In this document: in pieces, positions 51,901-61,798 of the stretch
Layout of the letters: each line of letters begins with the position of its first letter
Numbering within the stretch: the stretch's first letter is position 1
Program-made: the position numbers and the translations under genes
Virus record (IMG/VR): IMGVR_UViG_2061766007_000342
Span: 128,001 to 192,000 of that record
Reading direction: 5' to 3' (one strand)
Source of the DNA: a virus
Lineage: Duplodnaviria > Caudoviricetes
Length of the DNA: 64,000 nt
Notes under the pieces: generated by a model
What the model was told of the DNA's origin: nothing
What the model saw: only the letters and a program-made list of their open reading frames with translations
Database searches by the model: none

Positions 51901-53241
51901 TTATACACGACAATATTTCACGATTTGTTCCGCCGTATCATTCATCATCAACCGTGTTTGCAGTTGTGCAAATGATATGTTGGGTTTGATATCACCGATA
52001 TCATTCACCGTGTATCCATGATCCGGATAATACCGATCCATGAATTCAATCAATGTTTCTGCACATACATACGGAATTTCCACACATACATCACAACGTC
52101 CCGGGCGGATCAATGCCGGATCCAGAATTTCTTTGTGATTAGTCGTCATCACATACACGATGTTGGTTGGCGATCCCACACCATCCAATGTGTTCAAGAT
52201 CGTTGCCAATCCAACGGGTTCGTTATCATGACCAGCCGCATCACCGTGATATCGTTTCTTACGGGCATTCATATTGGCAATACCCGAATCGATATCTTCG
52301 ATGCACAATACGCGGTATTTGTTTTTCGCCGGTGGATCCAACCACACTTGATTGTATACGATCTCGTTGATGTCTTCAATCAAATCTCCGGACATGACCC
52401 AATACAAGGCATTGATTTCATTGGCGATTGCTTGGGCGATTGACGATTTGCCGGTTGACGGAGCACCATACAACAACACACCGAAATGATTGGGAATATT
52501 CGTATTTTCATAAAACTCGTAATTGTTGATGTATTTCATGATCGGTTCCATGATTTGTTTCCGCAAGCTGTCGGGGATAAATACATCATCAAATGACCGA
52601 AGCTTCTTGTTGTTCATCATTAATACTTCATTGCGTTCACGGATGACTCTGATGCGTCCATGTAAATAAATCCGTTTGTCAATCATTCGCATGGATTCTA
52701 AATACAAATGATGAATGAACTGTTTCAATCCCCGTTTACATTCATCTGTGTTCAGTGTCATCAGCTTCACAACGGGTCGTTCACCCGGCAATTCCACACC
52801 GTCGTTATTCCCGACAATCAATGCAATCATCACACCATTCCATCGAATGCACCGGAAGTATCGTTCCATATGATTCCAATAATAATGTTTATTGTATATC
52901 ACCGGCTCCAAGTCATCCAATGCATTGATTTCAATGGTTTCTTCATAATTGGCGAAGTATCGAAACAATGCATCTTCCAAACGACCAAGTTCATTATCAA
53001 TAGAAACCACGTACAATACTTCACTCTTTAACCATGCAATTCCAGCATCAACCACACCCCCAATCAATTTGTTTGTTAAAACACTCTCGACACTGTCACA
53101 CATACGTTGTTTCACACGCTTTGCCAACATACGATTTTTCATCCGTTCAATGTCTCCAGGCAACACTCTTTTTTCTTTTTTACCATTTGAATTACGATTC
53201 ATCTCATATACAACTCCATTCAAAATTATTAAATGATTCAT
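51901..53241 (-). CDS. BCS1-like AAA+ ATPase
   Basis: GVLLYGAPSTGKSS, IEDID, LNTLDG, MTTNH..LDPALIRPGRCD; start codon uncertain. Confidence 0.88.
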   Translation of the reverse strand: MNHLIILNGVVYEMNRNSNGKKEKRVLPGDIERMKNRMLAKRVKQRMCDSVESVLTNKLIGGVVDAGIAWLKSEVLYVVSIDNELGRLEDALFRYFANYEETIEINALDDLEPVIYNKHYYWNHMERYFRCIRWNGVMIALIVGNNDGVELPGERPVVKLMTLNTDECKRGLKQFIHHLYLESMRMIDKRIYLHGRIRVIRERNEVLMMNNKKLRSFDDVFIPDSLRKQIMEPIMKYINNYEFYENTNIPNHFGVLLYGAPSTGKSSIAQAIANEINALYWVMSGDLIEDINEIVYNQVWLDPPAKNKYRVLCIEDIDSGIANMNARKKRYHGDAAGHDNEPVGLATILNTLDGVGSPTNIVYVMTTNHKEILDPALIRPGRCDVCVEIPYVCAETLIEFMDRYYPDHGYTVNDIGDIKPNISFAQLQTRLMMNDTAEQIVKYCRV

Positions 53242-53251
53242 TCAAATCATT

Positions 53252-53266
53252 CATATTAATGATATA
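53252..53266 (-). promoter_or_regulatory. Early-type promoter motif
   Basis: TATATCATTAATATG; with flanks it is 19/20 identical to the 25516 copy. Confidence 0.6.
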
Positions 53267-53329
53267 AATACACAATTAAACAATATATTCCCACCCCATA
53301 CACGGGGTGGGAATCATTCATTTATTCAT

Positions 53330-54115
53330 TCATTTACCAATCCATCCATATGATGTATCATAAATACGTTTTAATTCTTTCATACCGTTCTTATTTAAAC
53401 CAACTTTTCCTTTGACTTCTAATCCGATATTATAGTATCCTTCTTTGTTTTTATATACTTCAACAATGTTCCATCCATCATAACTCTCATCACCCAGTAT
53501 ATCACATGCGATATATTTCAATTGATCTTGGTTAAATCCATTTAATGTATATAATCCAATACTATCTTCCCATCCTTTATTCTGTTTATATACAACATGA
53601 ACAACAACTCCATTCATGACTTTATCGCGAATCATAGTAATCTTATTCGTATTAAATCCATTCTCTTTATCAAATATCATCATCATTCCACGTTTAAATG
53701 CATCATGGTAATATTCTTGTCGTCCCAGTGTATCGTCCATTAAGAAATCTCGTACAATTCCTTCAATCTCTTTTGCATCTTTAATGTGTTCAGGAATTTC
53801 CTTTCTCAAATGAGCAGGAGTACATGTATAAATATAATCAATCATCTCATTCAAGTGTATCCGCATCTTAAAGATACCACTGTCTTTATCATATACACTC
53901 TTCATACTAACGACCTTGCCATCTTCACAATCAATACCAAAATGATTGTATTCCCAGAACCATCTACAGAATACTTCCCACATATGATCACATCGTACAT
54001 CTATCTCAAATACTCCACGGTTATACATACCTTCTGTACGATAACCACATCTCAATGCATGTTTCAATGTATCATCAAATGTTTTCTCAATCATTCTAAC
54101 ACTAAATACTTCCAT
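53330..54115 (-). CDS. Hypothetical protein with atypical purine-rich composition
   Basis: 261 aa, AAGGAGG RBS. Confidence 0.7.
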   Translation of the reverse strand: MEVFSVRMIEKTFDDTLKHALRCGYRTEGMYNRGVFEIDVRCDHMWEVFCRWFWEYNHFGIDCEDGKVVSMKSVYDKDSGIFKMRIHLNEMIDYIYTCTPAHLRKEIPEHIKDAKEIEGIVRDFLMDDTLGRQEYYHDAFKRGMMMIFDKENGFNTNKITMIRDKVMNGVVVHVVYKQNKGWEDSIGLYTLNGFNQDQLKYIACDILGDESYDGWNIVEVYKNKEGYYNIGLEVKGKVGLNKNGMKELKRIYDTSYGWIGK

Positions 54116-54163
54116 AACAAATTCCTCCTTATATAAAAAATATGCTTATCCAATAATGATAAG

Positions 54164-54283
54164 AATACACCCCCACGGTTCTCCGACCGTGGGGGTGTAT
54201 TTTAGCGCGGCGGTATGACGACACCTCACTGCGTTCGGACGTCATACCGCCGCGCAAGCAGTGTGGCTTACCGCCACGCTAAA
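54164..54283. repeat. GC-rich multi-hairpin element
   Basis: Two perfect 16-bp stems plus an alternative 14/15-bp pairing. Confidence 0.8.
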
Positions 54284-54316
54284 CACCCACGCATTACGAA
54301 ATGATGGATTGTTTCA

Positions 54317-55357
54317 TTACATCAATTCCATTAAGTTCATTCCTTCAATGGAGAGTTTGGATAATCCATCAATATCCAATTTATCAATCACTTGTGATTT
54401 GATGGATTCAATTGCAGATGGAGTAATCAGTTTGGTATGAGATTCTACATCTACAAGAGGATAGTTTTTCTTAATGTAATCATGATATGATGGATTGATA
54501 ATAGACAATACAGAATCAATTGCTTTTGGATTTGATGGAATCTTGCGTTGTTCAACTGCACGGATTAAGTCGGATGCAAATGCTGTTAATCCCAATGGTT
54601 GAATACCTTGAATGGCACGATCTTTAGAACCAATCATCAGTTGTAATGTATTATAAAAGACCTTATTGTCAATGAATGTTGTGACCAGTTCATCATCAAT
54701 CTTAGAAACTGCATGAACAAGCATCTGCGGGTCTGATATCTGTGACATACCACCTGAAACAAATCTGGAATAAATCACCTTTGTATTTGGCATATAGAAA
54801 TGAGAAGTCATAAATGGATCCGCTGTCATAATGATCTTATCATGTTTATGATCAGATAAGATTTGTGGAAGTACAAAGGAATCAAACTGATCACACTTAA
54901 TCAGATATCCACGCGGAATATACTGAAGAACTGTTTGTGTGAGTTTAATGGATTCATTCCAATAATACGTTAGCTGTTGCATATTATCATTGGAGAATTT
55001 ATGTTTAAAAGGTGACATGTAAGAACGCAATACCGATTGTTCACATAATGATTCGAAGTTGAAATCATTTACCATCATGAAGATACGCACAGAATTCCAT
55101 CGACGTGTGAAATTCTTCCAATGCACAAATGTCTGTAACAAACAATACACAATGTCGGATTGAGCATTTGTTGAAAACGGTAATGAGTTCATGAACTTAC
55201 GTGATGAAGCCATTGTGGATAACAGCGAGTTGAGGTCGATGTAAACATCGACCCCATATGTGGATGGACTGAAGTTCAATCCAAGTGCCATCTGAATGAC
55301 TTTGTACTTGGGTTTCAATTGTCCAGTTAATGGACCAATTGAATATTCATTATACAT
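54317..55357 (-). CDS. Conserved phage protein (possible PIN/5'-3' nuclease-like fold)
   Basis: 346 aa directly downstream of beta'-C; VYIDLNS..., IIMTAD; fold is a guess. Confidence 0.55.
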   Translation of the reverse strand: MYNEYSIGPLTGQLKPKYKVIQMALGLNFSPSTYGVDVYIDLNSLLSTMASSRKFMNSLPFSTNAQSDIVYCLLQTFVHWKNFTRRWNSVRIFMMVNDFNFESLCEQSVLRSYMSPFKHKFSNDNMQQLTYYWNESIKLTQTVLQYIPRGYLIKCDQFDSFVLPQILSDHKHDKIIMTADPFMTSHFYMPNTKVIYSRFVSGGMSQISDPQMLVHAVSKIDDELVTTFIDNKVFYNTLQLMIGSKDRAIQGIQPLGLTAFASDLIRAVEQRKIPSNPKAIDSVLSIINPSYHDYIKKNYPLVDVESHTKLITPSAIESIKSQVIDKLDIDGLSKLSIEGMNLMELM

Positions 55358-55372
55358 AATAACACTTCCTTA

Positions 55373-57376
55373 TCACATTGCATCATTTTCTCCAAACATG
55401 AAGTCGGAGAACGAACGAACACCAACACGGTTGATCTCGTTACGATTATCAAATACTGCACGAAGCAACTGATCAGATGTCTTCTCAAATGCAACTGCAG
55501 TCATTGCAGATTCCGAATTGTCCAATGCGGTCTTGACCGTGACAATCTGGTATGGTTCATCTGGATTAAGCCAATTAGGACGAAGCATTCTATTCTCTGG
55601 ATTTTTGAGCAAATGTCCAATAATGATCTCACCATGTACGGAGAAGATTGGGATTAAACCATGAAGCATATTCATCAAACGAAGTACACAATCTTCGATG
55701 GTATCAAACTTGGCAATACCAGAGTTGAAGAACTTGATAATGTCCATATACTTGGAAATGACAGAGATGTTGACAGGTGTAATTTCACACAAAGCACCAC
55801 CAGATTCAGCAACCTTGAAGTTGGTTGTCTGAAGATATGTGACGTCATCAATCTCGACTTTCTTCATCTTATCCAGAATGATCTGTGGAATATGAATATC
55901 AGCATAGTTCGATACAGTCACTTCTTCCATATCTTTACCCATATAGAATGTAAGTGATTCAGTAATGTTATCATGATAATCTTCACGGATCATGATATTG
56001 AAACGCTTCTCATCTGTGGGATAGATATTGGATGAATACATCTGCAGCCATTTGTCCCAGTTATTCGTAAATTCAATACGTTCCGCATCCGTCTTGAGTA
56101 AGTGTTTTGCAGACAGAATGTTCTGGGATACACGTGATGTCATCAGCTCGGTTGTATAAATGAAGCCACCTTCCAAATCACCAACACGTGTTGCAATTGT
56201 TCCATAACATACGTGACAACAATCCTCGTTCAAGTTACATGTACACGGAGAACGGAACCAAAGACGTTTACCAATCAAATGACGATCCGACTTGGATAAT
56301 ACACGGAGAATACCATCGTTCTTGTTCTTCATATAGAATCGACCATGCATCATGTTCAATACAGTATCATCAACTGTCATGGGGATGGGGTTACGTGATC
56401 CACAATCATAAACCGTCTTGGAAATGGTACCATATGTGAGCATCATCATGTTACGATTAAAATATCCGGAATCTCCCATCCAACGTTCATTCATCAAATC
56501 AGGTACTTTTGCAGCAATCGAGGCCGCATAGAAAACTGGCTTCTCGTGATAACCTGCTTTGAAACCATTACCGTTCATGATGACAGGAATGATGTCACGT
56601 CCATCCGGAATCTGGGAGAAGTTGATGTAAAGCTCTTCCATCTGTTTTGGCTTTACAATCTTCGCATATTTCGAATCAATGAAGAACGGATTACCACGTT
56701 TTGTCATTTCTTCTTCAAGAATACGATACTTCTCGGCATTCTGTGCAACGATATCAATCGTCTGGGTATTGGGCGGATATTCAGTGTCATTAATATTACG
56801 AACAACTTCCGACTCCATGTAATGGTCAAGAAACAGGTTCTCTGCAGAGAAGATCTGCAGATCTGCTTGAGAGAAGATTGCTGTTAACTGCTTCAACTGA
56901 AGTGACATGTATGCCATGGTCTCTTGAATCTGGAAGTTTGAATTTCCACGTCCACGAAGTACCTTGACAATATTATCTTGAATATGTTCACGATCTTTTT
57001 CAGACATGAACTTATGCAGAATGAAATCTTCAATATTCACGCTATCGATATATGGAAGAATGGTGCGGATGAATGTCATCGATGTCATGAAACGATTGAG
57101 TGGTAATGCATGTGTCATGGTATCATCAATCGATACCTTGAAATGAATGGAAGTATGTTGCATGACATCATTGTGAATTGGAATGTTCCAACAACAAACA
57201 GCAACGTCCACAACACGTTCAAACAACTCATCATACATCTCGATATTGGTATAACGATCCAACACGATCAATTCACCCAACAATTGATACACCACATCGG
57301 GTGTATCAATCGTCTGGTATGCACGAATGTCCGCAAATCGAGATTCATTGACATCGGTATCTTTGTTGAAATTCAT
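55373..57376 (-). CDS. RNA polymerase beta' C-terminal subunit (probably non-virion RNAP)
   Basis: DSGYFNR, DCGS, RSPCTC....CCHVCYG, SQNILSAKH, VHGEII. Confidence 0.88.
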   Translation of the reverse strand: MNFNKDTDVNESRFADIRAYQTIDTPDVVYQLLGELIVLDRYTNIEMYDELFERVVDVAVCCWNIPIHNDVMQHTSIHFKVSIDDTMTHALPLNRFMTSMTFIRTILPYIDSVNIEDFILHKFMSEKDREHIQDNIVKVLRGRGNSNFQIQETMAYMSLQLKQLTAIFSQADLQIFSAENLFLDHYMESEVVRNINDTEYPPNTQTIDIVAQNAEKYRILEEEMTKRGNPFFIDSKYAKIVKPKQMEELYINFSQIPDGRDIIPVIMNGNGFKAGYHEKPVFYAASIAAKVPDLMNERWMGDSGYFNRNMMMLTYGTISKTVYDCGSRNPIPMTVDDTVLNMMHGRFYMKNKNDGILRVLSKSDRHLIGKRLWFRSPCTCNLNEDCCHVCYGTIATRVGDLEGGFIYTTELMTSRVSQNILSAKHLLKTDAERIEFTNNWDKWLQMYSSNIYPTDEKRFNIMIREDYHDNITESLTFYMGKDMEEVTVSNYADIHIPQIILDKMKKVEIDDVTYLQTTNFKVAESGGALCEITPVNISVISKYMDIIKFFNSGIAKFDTIEDCVLRLMNMLHGLIPIFSVHGEIIIGHLLKNPENRMLRPNWLNPDEPYQIVTVKTALDNSESAMTAVAFEKTSDQLLRAVFDNRNEINRVGVRSFSDFMFGENDAM

Positions 57377-57405
57377 AATGAAACCTCCTTTGAGATATAA
57401 TTGAT

Positions 57406-59754
57406 TTAAGAATCAATATCTGCTTTGGTGAACTTGAAATTCATCAACATGTCTTTGCGTTGATTGATATTGTCTTTACCAGATCCCATCAATGCTCCCA
57501 TCTTCTGTAATGTGACTGCATCTTCCATGGTGACTTGGTAGATACGACGTACCGAAGGATCCATAACAACTTCACGTAATACTTCCGGATCAGACGAACC
57601 GAGTCCCTTATAACGTCCTTTGATCTGTGGGAATGCATCTTCAATGTATTCGAAGAAGTGTGACAACTCCGTCTGCGTATCGACATTACGTTTGCTGGAC
57701 TGGTAATGTATGAGCAGTCCATACTTCTTGATGATATTGATTACATAATCCAATTCCGTCAATAATTCATCATCGATCAATACGAAATTATCAATCAATT
57801 CAATGACGGCGAATACTTGGTTGGTATTGTGATCAAAGCCGATTTCTTTAAAGACGGAAGCAATCGATTTCAACCACTTATCAATGTTCTTGATGAATGC
57901 ATCTTTGGAACCATATGTGGCAATACCATATGCAATATACTCCAGCAAGTAACGATTGACGGAACGATTAACCGACACTTCTTTCAGTGTCGTCAGATAA
58001 TCGAATGCTTCTGTTACGAAATCAGATACATTGATCTTATTAGTGGAAGCAATTGGAAAGTCAATTTTCAAATCGGAAATGGATTTGATACAATACTCGA
58101 TGTATTCGTTCTGTGTAGCAACGTACTTGACATCTTTACCACGTACGAGCTTGTACAGTGGTGGTTCTGCAACATATACCTTACCCGCATAAATGAGTTC
58201 TGGTAAGAAGATGATGAAGAATGTCAAGATTAATGTTCGGATGTGATAACCATCAATATCAGCATCCGTTGCGATAATGATTTTATCATACTTCAGCTTC
58301 TTGATATCTGCGGGAATACCACAACCAAGTGTCGGAATGATATGCTTGCAAGAGTCACATGATAATGCACGTTGTGGATCCAAATCATATACATTCTGAA
58401 GCTTACCCTTAAAGAACAAGATGGCTTGGAATCGTGCATCACGTGCTCCATTCAAACCACCACCCGCGGAGTTACCCTCAACAAAGAAGATCTCCTTTGG
58501 ATGTTCAGTCTTGACAGTGGAACATGGAATGAACGAATCCGGAACTGTCCATTGCTTCTTGACTTTTGTCAATGACTTGATGTCACGTGCTTGTTCACCT
58601 GCAACGCGTTCGCGGTGGTTGCTAATGATAGCATTTACAATGGATCCGATTGTAGATGATGGTGAATTACGTAACGCATCATAACATGTTTGTTCAATCT
58701 CTTTACAGAATTCAGGTGATAAAACCTTATGTTTACTCTGAGATGAGAACAAGTGCATTTTATCACATTCACCTCTGACAACGAGTTGTAAATGTGCAAG
58801 AATATCCTTACGTAAATCTTCATTTTGAAGCTTTTTGTTTTTCTTAATACATTCTTCTGTAAAGAATTTTGTAATTGCTTTGATGATACCATTTACATGA
58901 TCTCCATTCTCGGGTGTGTATATCATGTTCATCCATGAATGACGAACATCTTCCGATCGGGAGGCATACATCATTGCAAAATCGATCTTATATTTACGCA
59001 CAGTTGTCTTGTCCATAAATGTTTCATCAATATTTCCTTTGAATGATACGGTTAATGTATCACTCATGGCTTTATCTTTAAAACTGGAATCATCAAAGAA
59101 TTGACGTAAATGCTTGTGCTGTACATGATATTGTTTTCCATTTGCAGTGTAAGATACGGAAGTACCCGGATGCAAAGTATAATCAAAATCTTTCAACCAT
59201 TCAAGCACTCGATCAACTGGTATCTTATCACATCCCATGACTTTTCGTGATGGCTGATAGGTAACATCTAATCCATGATCATTACCGTCATATTCTTCTA
59301 AGATTTTATCAACAAGCTCAGCTTCTTTGTAAATCAACGTGAGTCGTTTATGTTCGTTTGGTCTTGTTGATACCACTTTGAGATATGATGACAACGCCAA
59401 TAGACATGTCGAACCACCAAGAGAGTTTTCACCACGTGTTGCACCATTCGATCTTGTCATATTCGTACCCGCTTGCATGGTTTCATAAATTTCTTGCATG
59501 ATATCAGTTGGGATACCACGACCATTATCGATAACACGAATCTGTTTATCGGTCATCAAAATTTTGAATGAATCACAAGGTGATTCTGATTTTAATGCTT
59601 CATCGGAAGCATTATCAATCAATTCTTTACACAGATGAAATACTCCAGCTTCTCCGATTGCTGAAATAAACATTGTCGGTCTGGTTCTAATTCGTTGAAT
59701 ATCCACCCTGATGATTTTGTATTCGTCATCAACAAATGTTTGTTTCTTTGACAT
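57406..59754 (-). CDS. gyrB: Type IIA topoisomerase B subunit (GyrB/ParE-like)
   Basis: RPTMFI, ELIDNASDE, DNGRGIP, EGNSA, DADIDG, PPLY, RYKGLG. Confidence 0.92.
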   Translation of the reverse strand: MSKKQTFVDDEYKIIRVDIQRIRTRPTMFISAIGEAGVFHLCKELIDNASDEALKSESPCDSFKILMTDKQIRVIDNGRGIPTDIMQEIYETMQAGTNMTRSNGATRGENSLGGSTCLLALSSYLKVVSTRPNEHKRLTLIYKEAELVDKILEEYDGNDHGLDVTYQPSRKVMGCDKIPVDRVLEWLKDFDYTLHPGTSVSYTANGKQYHVQHKHLRQFFDDSSFKDKAMSDTLTVSFKGNIDETFMDKTTVRKYKIDFAMMYASRSEDVRHSWMNMIYTPENGDHVNGIIKAITKFFTEECIKKNKKLQNEDLRKDILAHLQLVVRGECDKMHLFSSQSKHKVLSPEFCKEIEQTCYDALRNSPSSTIGSIVNAIISNHRERVAGEQARDIKSLTKVKKQWTVPDSFIPCSTVKTEHPKEIFFVEGNSAGGGLNGARDARFQAILFFKGKLQNVYDLDPQRALSCDSCKHIIPTLGCGIPADIKKLKYDKIIIATDADIDGYHIRTLILTFFIIFLPELIYAGKVYVAEPPLYKLVRGKDVKYVATQNEYIEYCIKSISDLKIDFPIASTNKINVSDFVTEAFDYLTTLKEVSVNRSVNRYLLEYIAYGIATYGSKDAFIKNIDKWLKSIASVFKEIGFDHNTNQVFAVIELIDNFVLIDDELLTELDYVINIIKKYGLLIHYQSSKRNVDTQTELSHFFEYIEDAFPQIKGRYKGLGSSDPEVLREVVMDPSVRRIYQVTMEDAVTLQKMGALMGSGKDNINQRKDMLMNFKFTKADIDS

Positions 59755-59864
59755 TACTTTTTCCTCCGTTCTTGTTATATGTATAAAAAGAATGAATCCG
59801 TAATGTACGGTTTCATGGTTTACGTCTTAAATATATCAATATGAAAATGAAAAAAGTTACGTGT

Positions 59865-59985
59865 AAAAGGTGGGGCGCATATGCGCCCCAATAATATTAC
59901 ACATTCATTTATTCGTTCACATGCCCGACACACATGTGAACATTACATCAACATTAAGCGACACTTCACTTTCATGAATTATTAT
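59865..59985 (-). ncRNA. Candidate small RNA of about 120 nt
   Basis: TATATTAC motif upstream, 9-bp hairpin at 59915..59941, terminator at 59871..59890 with U-tract. Confidence 0.4.
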
Positions 59986-60019
59986 CATCGTAATATATTA
60001 CTTATAAATTATTTATACC

Positions 60020-60034
60020 GACCAAAATGTAATC
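60020..60034 (+). promoter_or_regulatory. Late-type promoter motif
   Basis: GACC-AAAATG-TAATC. Confidence 0.55.
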
Positions 60035-60065
60035 GTTCATTTTATTTATAAAAGGAGAGATTAAA

Positions 60066-61574
60066 ATGAAAATTCAAAGTTTGTATGATATTGAAATGGA
60101 TATCAAAGTTAATGGATTGAAAGAAGTTACTTCTCAGAATCCATACAAAACCCAGAACCAATACAATCCCGATGGATTGTTCTCGGAAGAAATCTTTGGT
60201 CAAACCGAAGATGAACGTCGATACCGATGTGGTTATATTAAACTACCCATCCATGTATTCAATGGTGAGATTTATAAAACCATCATCTCACGTAGTGGTG
60301 GTATTATCAAAAAGATGGCAACTGGTGATGTCAGATGCAATTTGGTCAATGGTGTACTTGTGGCTGATGAGAATGGTCAATATTGTGGATTGGTTGACTT
60401 ATATAAGATATGGGATAACATCGATATTGAAAAGACATTGTCCACACGTAAAGCTGTCAACATTGACATCTTGACAAAGTGCCCGAAACGTTTATTATTC
60501 ATTGATAAAGTATTGGTTGCTCCACCGAAAATGCGTGACATGGGTGTCCGCAATGGTCGTCAAGTCAAAAGTGAGTTAAATACCTTTTATATGACATTAC
60601 TTGGTTTGAAAAGTGTCACTTCACATACAACCACAACAGACACGTATCAAGTATACAATAAATATCAGAATGCAGTTGTTGCAATCTATGAATACGTCAA
60701 TAAGATATTCGGTTCTAAGAATGGATTTGCCCAAAAGAATTTGTTAGCAAAGACCACAACGTTCAATGCTCGTAATGTAATATCTGCTCCAAAGTATAAT
60801 ACAGATAACCCGCGTATTGGATTATTTGTTACGGGTTATCCATTGCATTCATTGTGCTCCATGTTTAATCCATTCATCAAGTTCCAAATCAAACAATTGT
60901 TATCTTATTCAAATATTCAACAGATGCATCCAAATAAAGAAGAGATTAATCCCACATTGTTAGATCAGATTTATGATGATAAAATGATCAATGATTTGGT
61001 AAACATTTACATGAATAATCCGGGTTCCAGATTCCGCATTCTGTATTTGGATGAAGAAAAAACGAAACCAATCATGTTTGAAGCATTTGATGTCAAAAAG
61101 AATGAACGTATCAGTCGTCCATTTACATTAACTGACTTGGTGTTTATTGCATGTAAACGTGGTGTTGTTGATGCGGGTAAGATGGCTTACATGGTACGAT
61201 ATCCCATTGGTGACTACATGGGTGCATTCTTTACACATATCCATATTCTATCAACGAATACGGTATGTGACATCCAATTCATGGGTGAATTATATGAAGA
61301 CTATCCAGTTGTGGATTTGGAAGCATCTCATATGCGTGTAAGTACCATGTTTGCTGAAACATTAACGCCTTCTAATTCTCGTTTAAAAGCAGTCGGTGGT
61401 GACTATGATGGTGATACTGTTAAGAGTGTTGGTATCTGGAGTGATGAAGCGAATGCTCAAGCAGAGAAACTGATGAAGAGTAAGATCTACAATATCACCA
61501 CTCAATGTACGACAATGTTTCCTATTGAGATTGAATGTCTGAATGGTTTATATGGTCTAACTAAGGATGAATGA
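60066..61574 (+). CDS. RNA polymerase beta' N-terminal/catalytic subunit (probably virion RNAP)
   Basis: PDGLFSEEIFG, GYIKL, ARNVIS, RYP, catalytic GGDYDGD; late-type promoter. Confidence 0.9.
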   Translation: MKIQSLYDIEMDIKVNGLKEVTSQNPYKTQNQYNPDGLFSEEIFGQTEDERRYRCGYIKLPIHVFNGEIYKTIISRSGGIIKKMATGDVRCNLVNGVLVADENGQYCGLVDLYKIWDNIDIEKTLSTRKAVNIDILTKCPKRLLFIDKVLVAPPKMRDMGVRNGRQVKSELNTFYMTLLGLKSVTSHTTTTDTYQVYNKYQNAVVAIYEYVNKIFGSKNGFAQKNLLAKTTTFNARNVISAPKYNTDNPRIGLFVTGYPLHSLCSMFNPFIKFQIKQLLSYSNIQQMHPNKEEINPTLLDQIYDDKMINDLVNIYMNNPGSRFRILYLDEEKTKPIMFEAFDVKKNERISRPFTLTDLVFIACKRGVVDAGKMAYMVRYPIGDYMGAFFTHIHILSTNTVCDIQFMGELYEDYPVVDLEASHMRVSTMFAETLTPSNSRLKAVGGDYDGDTVKSVGIWSDEANAQAEKLMKSKIYNITTQCTTMFPIEIECLNGLYGLTKDE

Positions 61575-61640
61575 GTTTTTCTATTTTTCTTAAATTCTGA
61601 ATATATCATGTTTAATTGACGTTAGTTGGATGAGAATAAC

Positions 61641-61736
61641 GTATATTATATATTATATATAGAATAATTAATAAGAATAAATAGTAAAATAAAAGATAAA
61701 TAGATAAGAGATAAAGATATAAAGATATAAGGTATA
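61641..61736 (+). repeat. 96-nt C-free, A-rich tract with five AGATA repeats
   Basis: Direct inspection of the sequence. Confidence 0.75.
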
Positions 61737-61798
61737 CAAATTGCGCGGGGGTAAAATAAGGGTTTGAGATTTTTTTGTTATGTAAGGATGTGATAACG

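Noticed and set aside
54164-54283. tRNA or known self-cleaving ribozyme
   Set aside because: No cloverleaf, T-loop or hammerhead core found by eye
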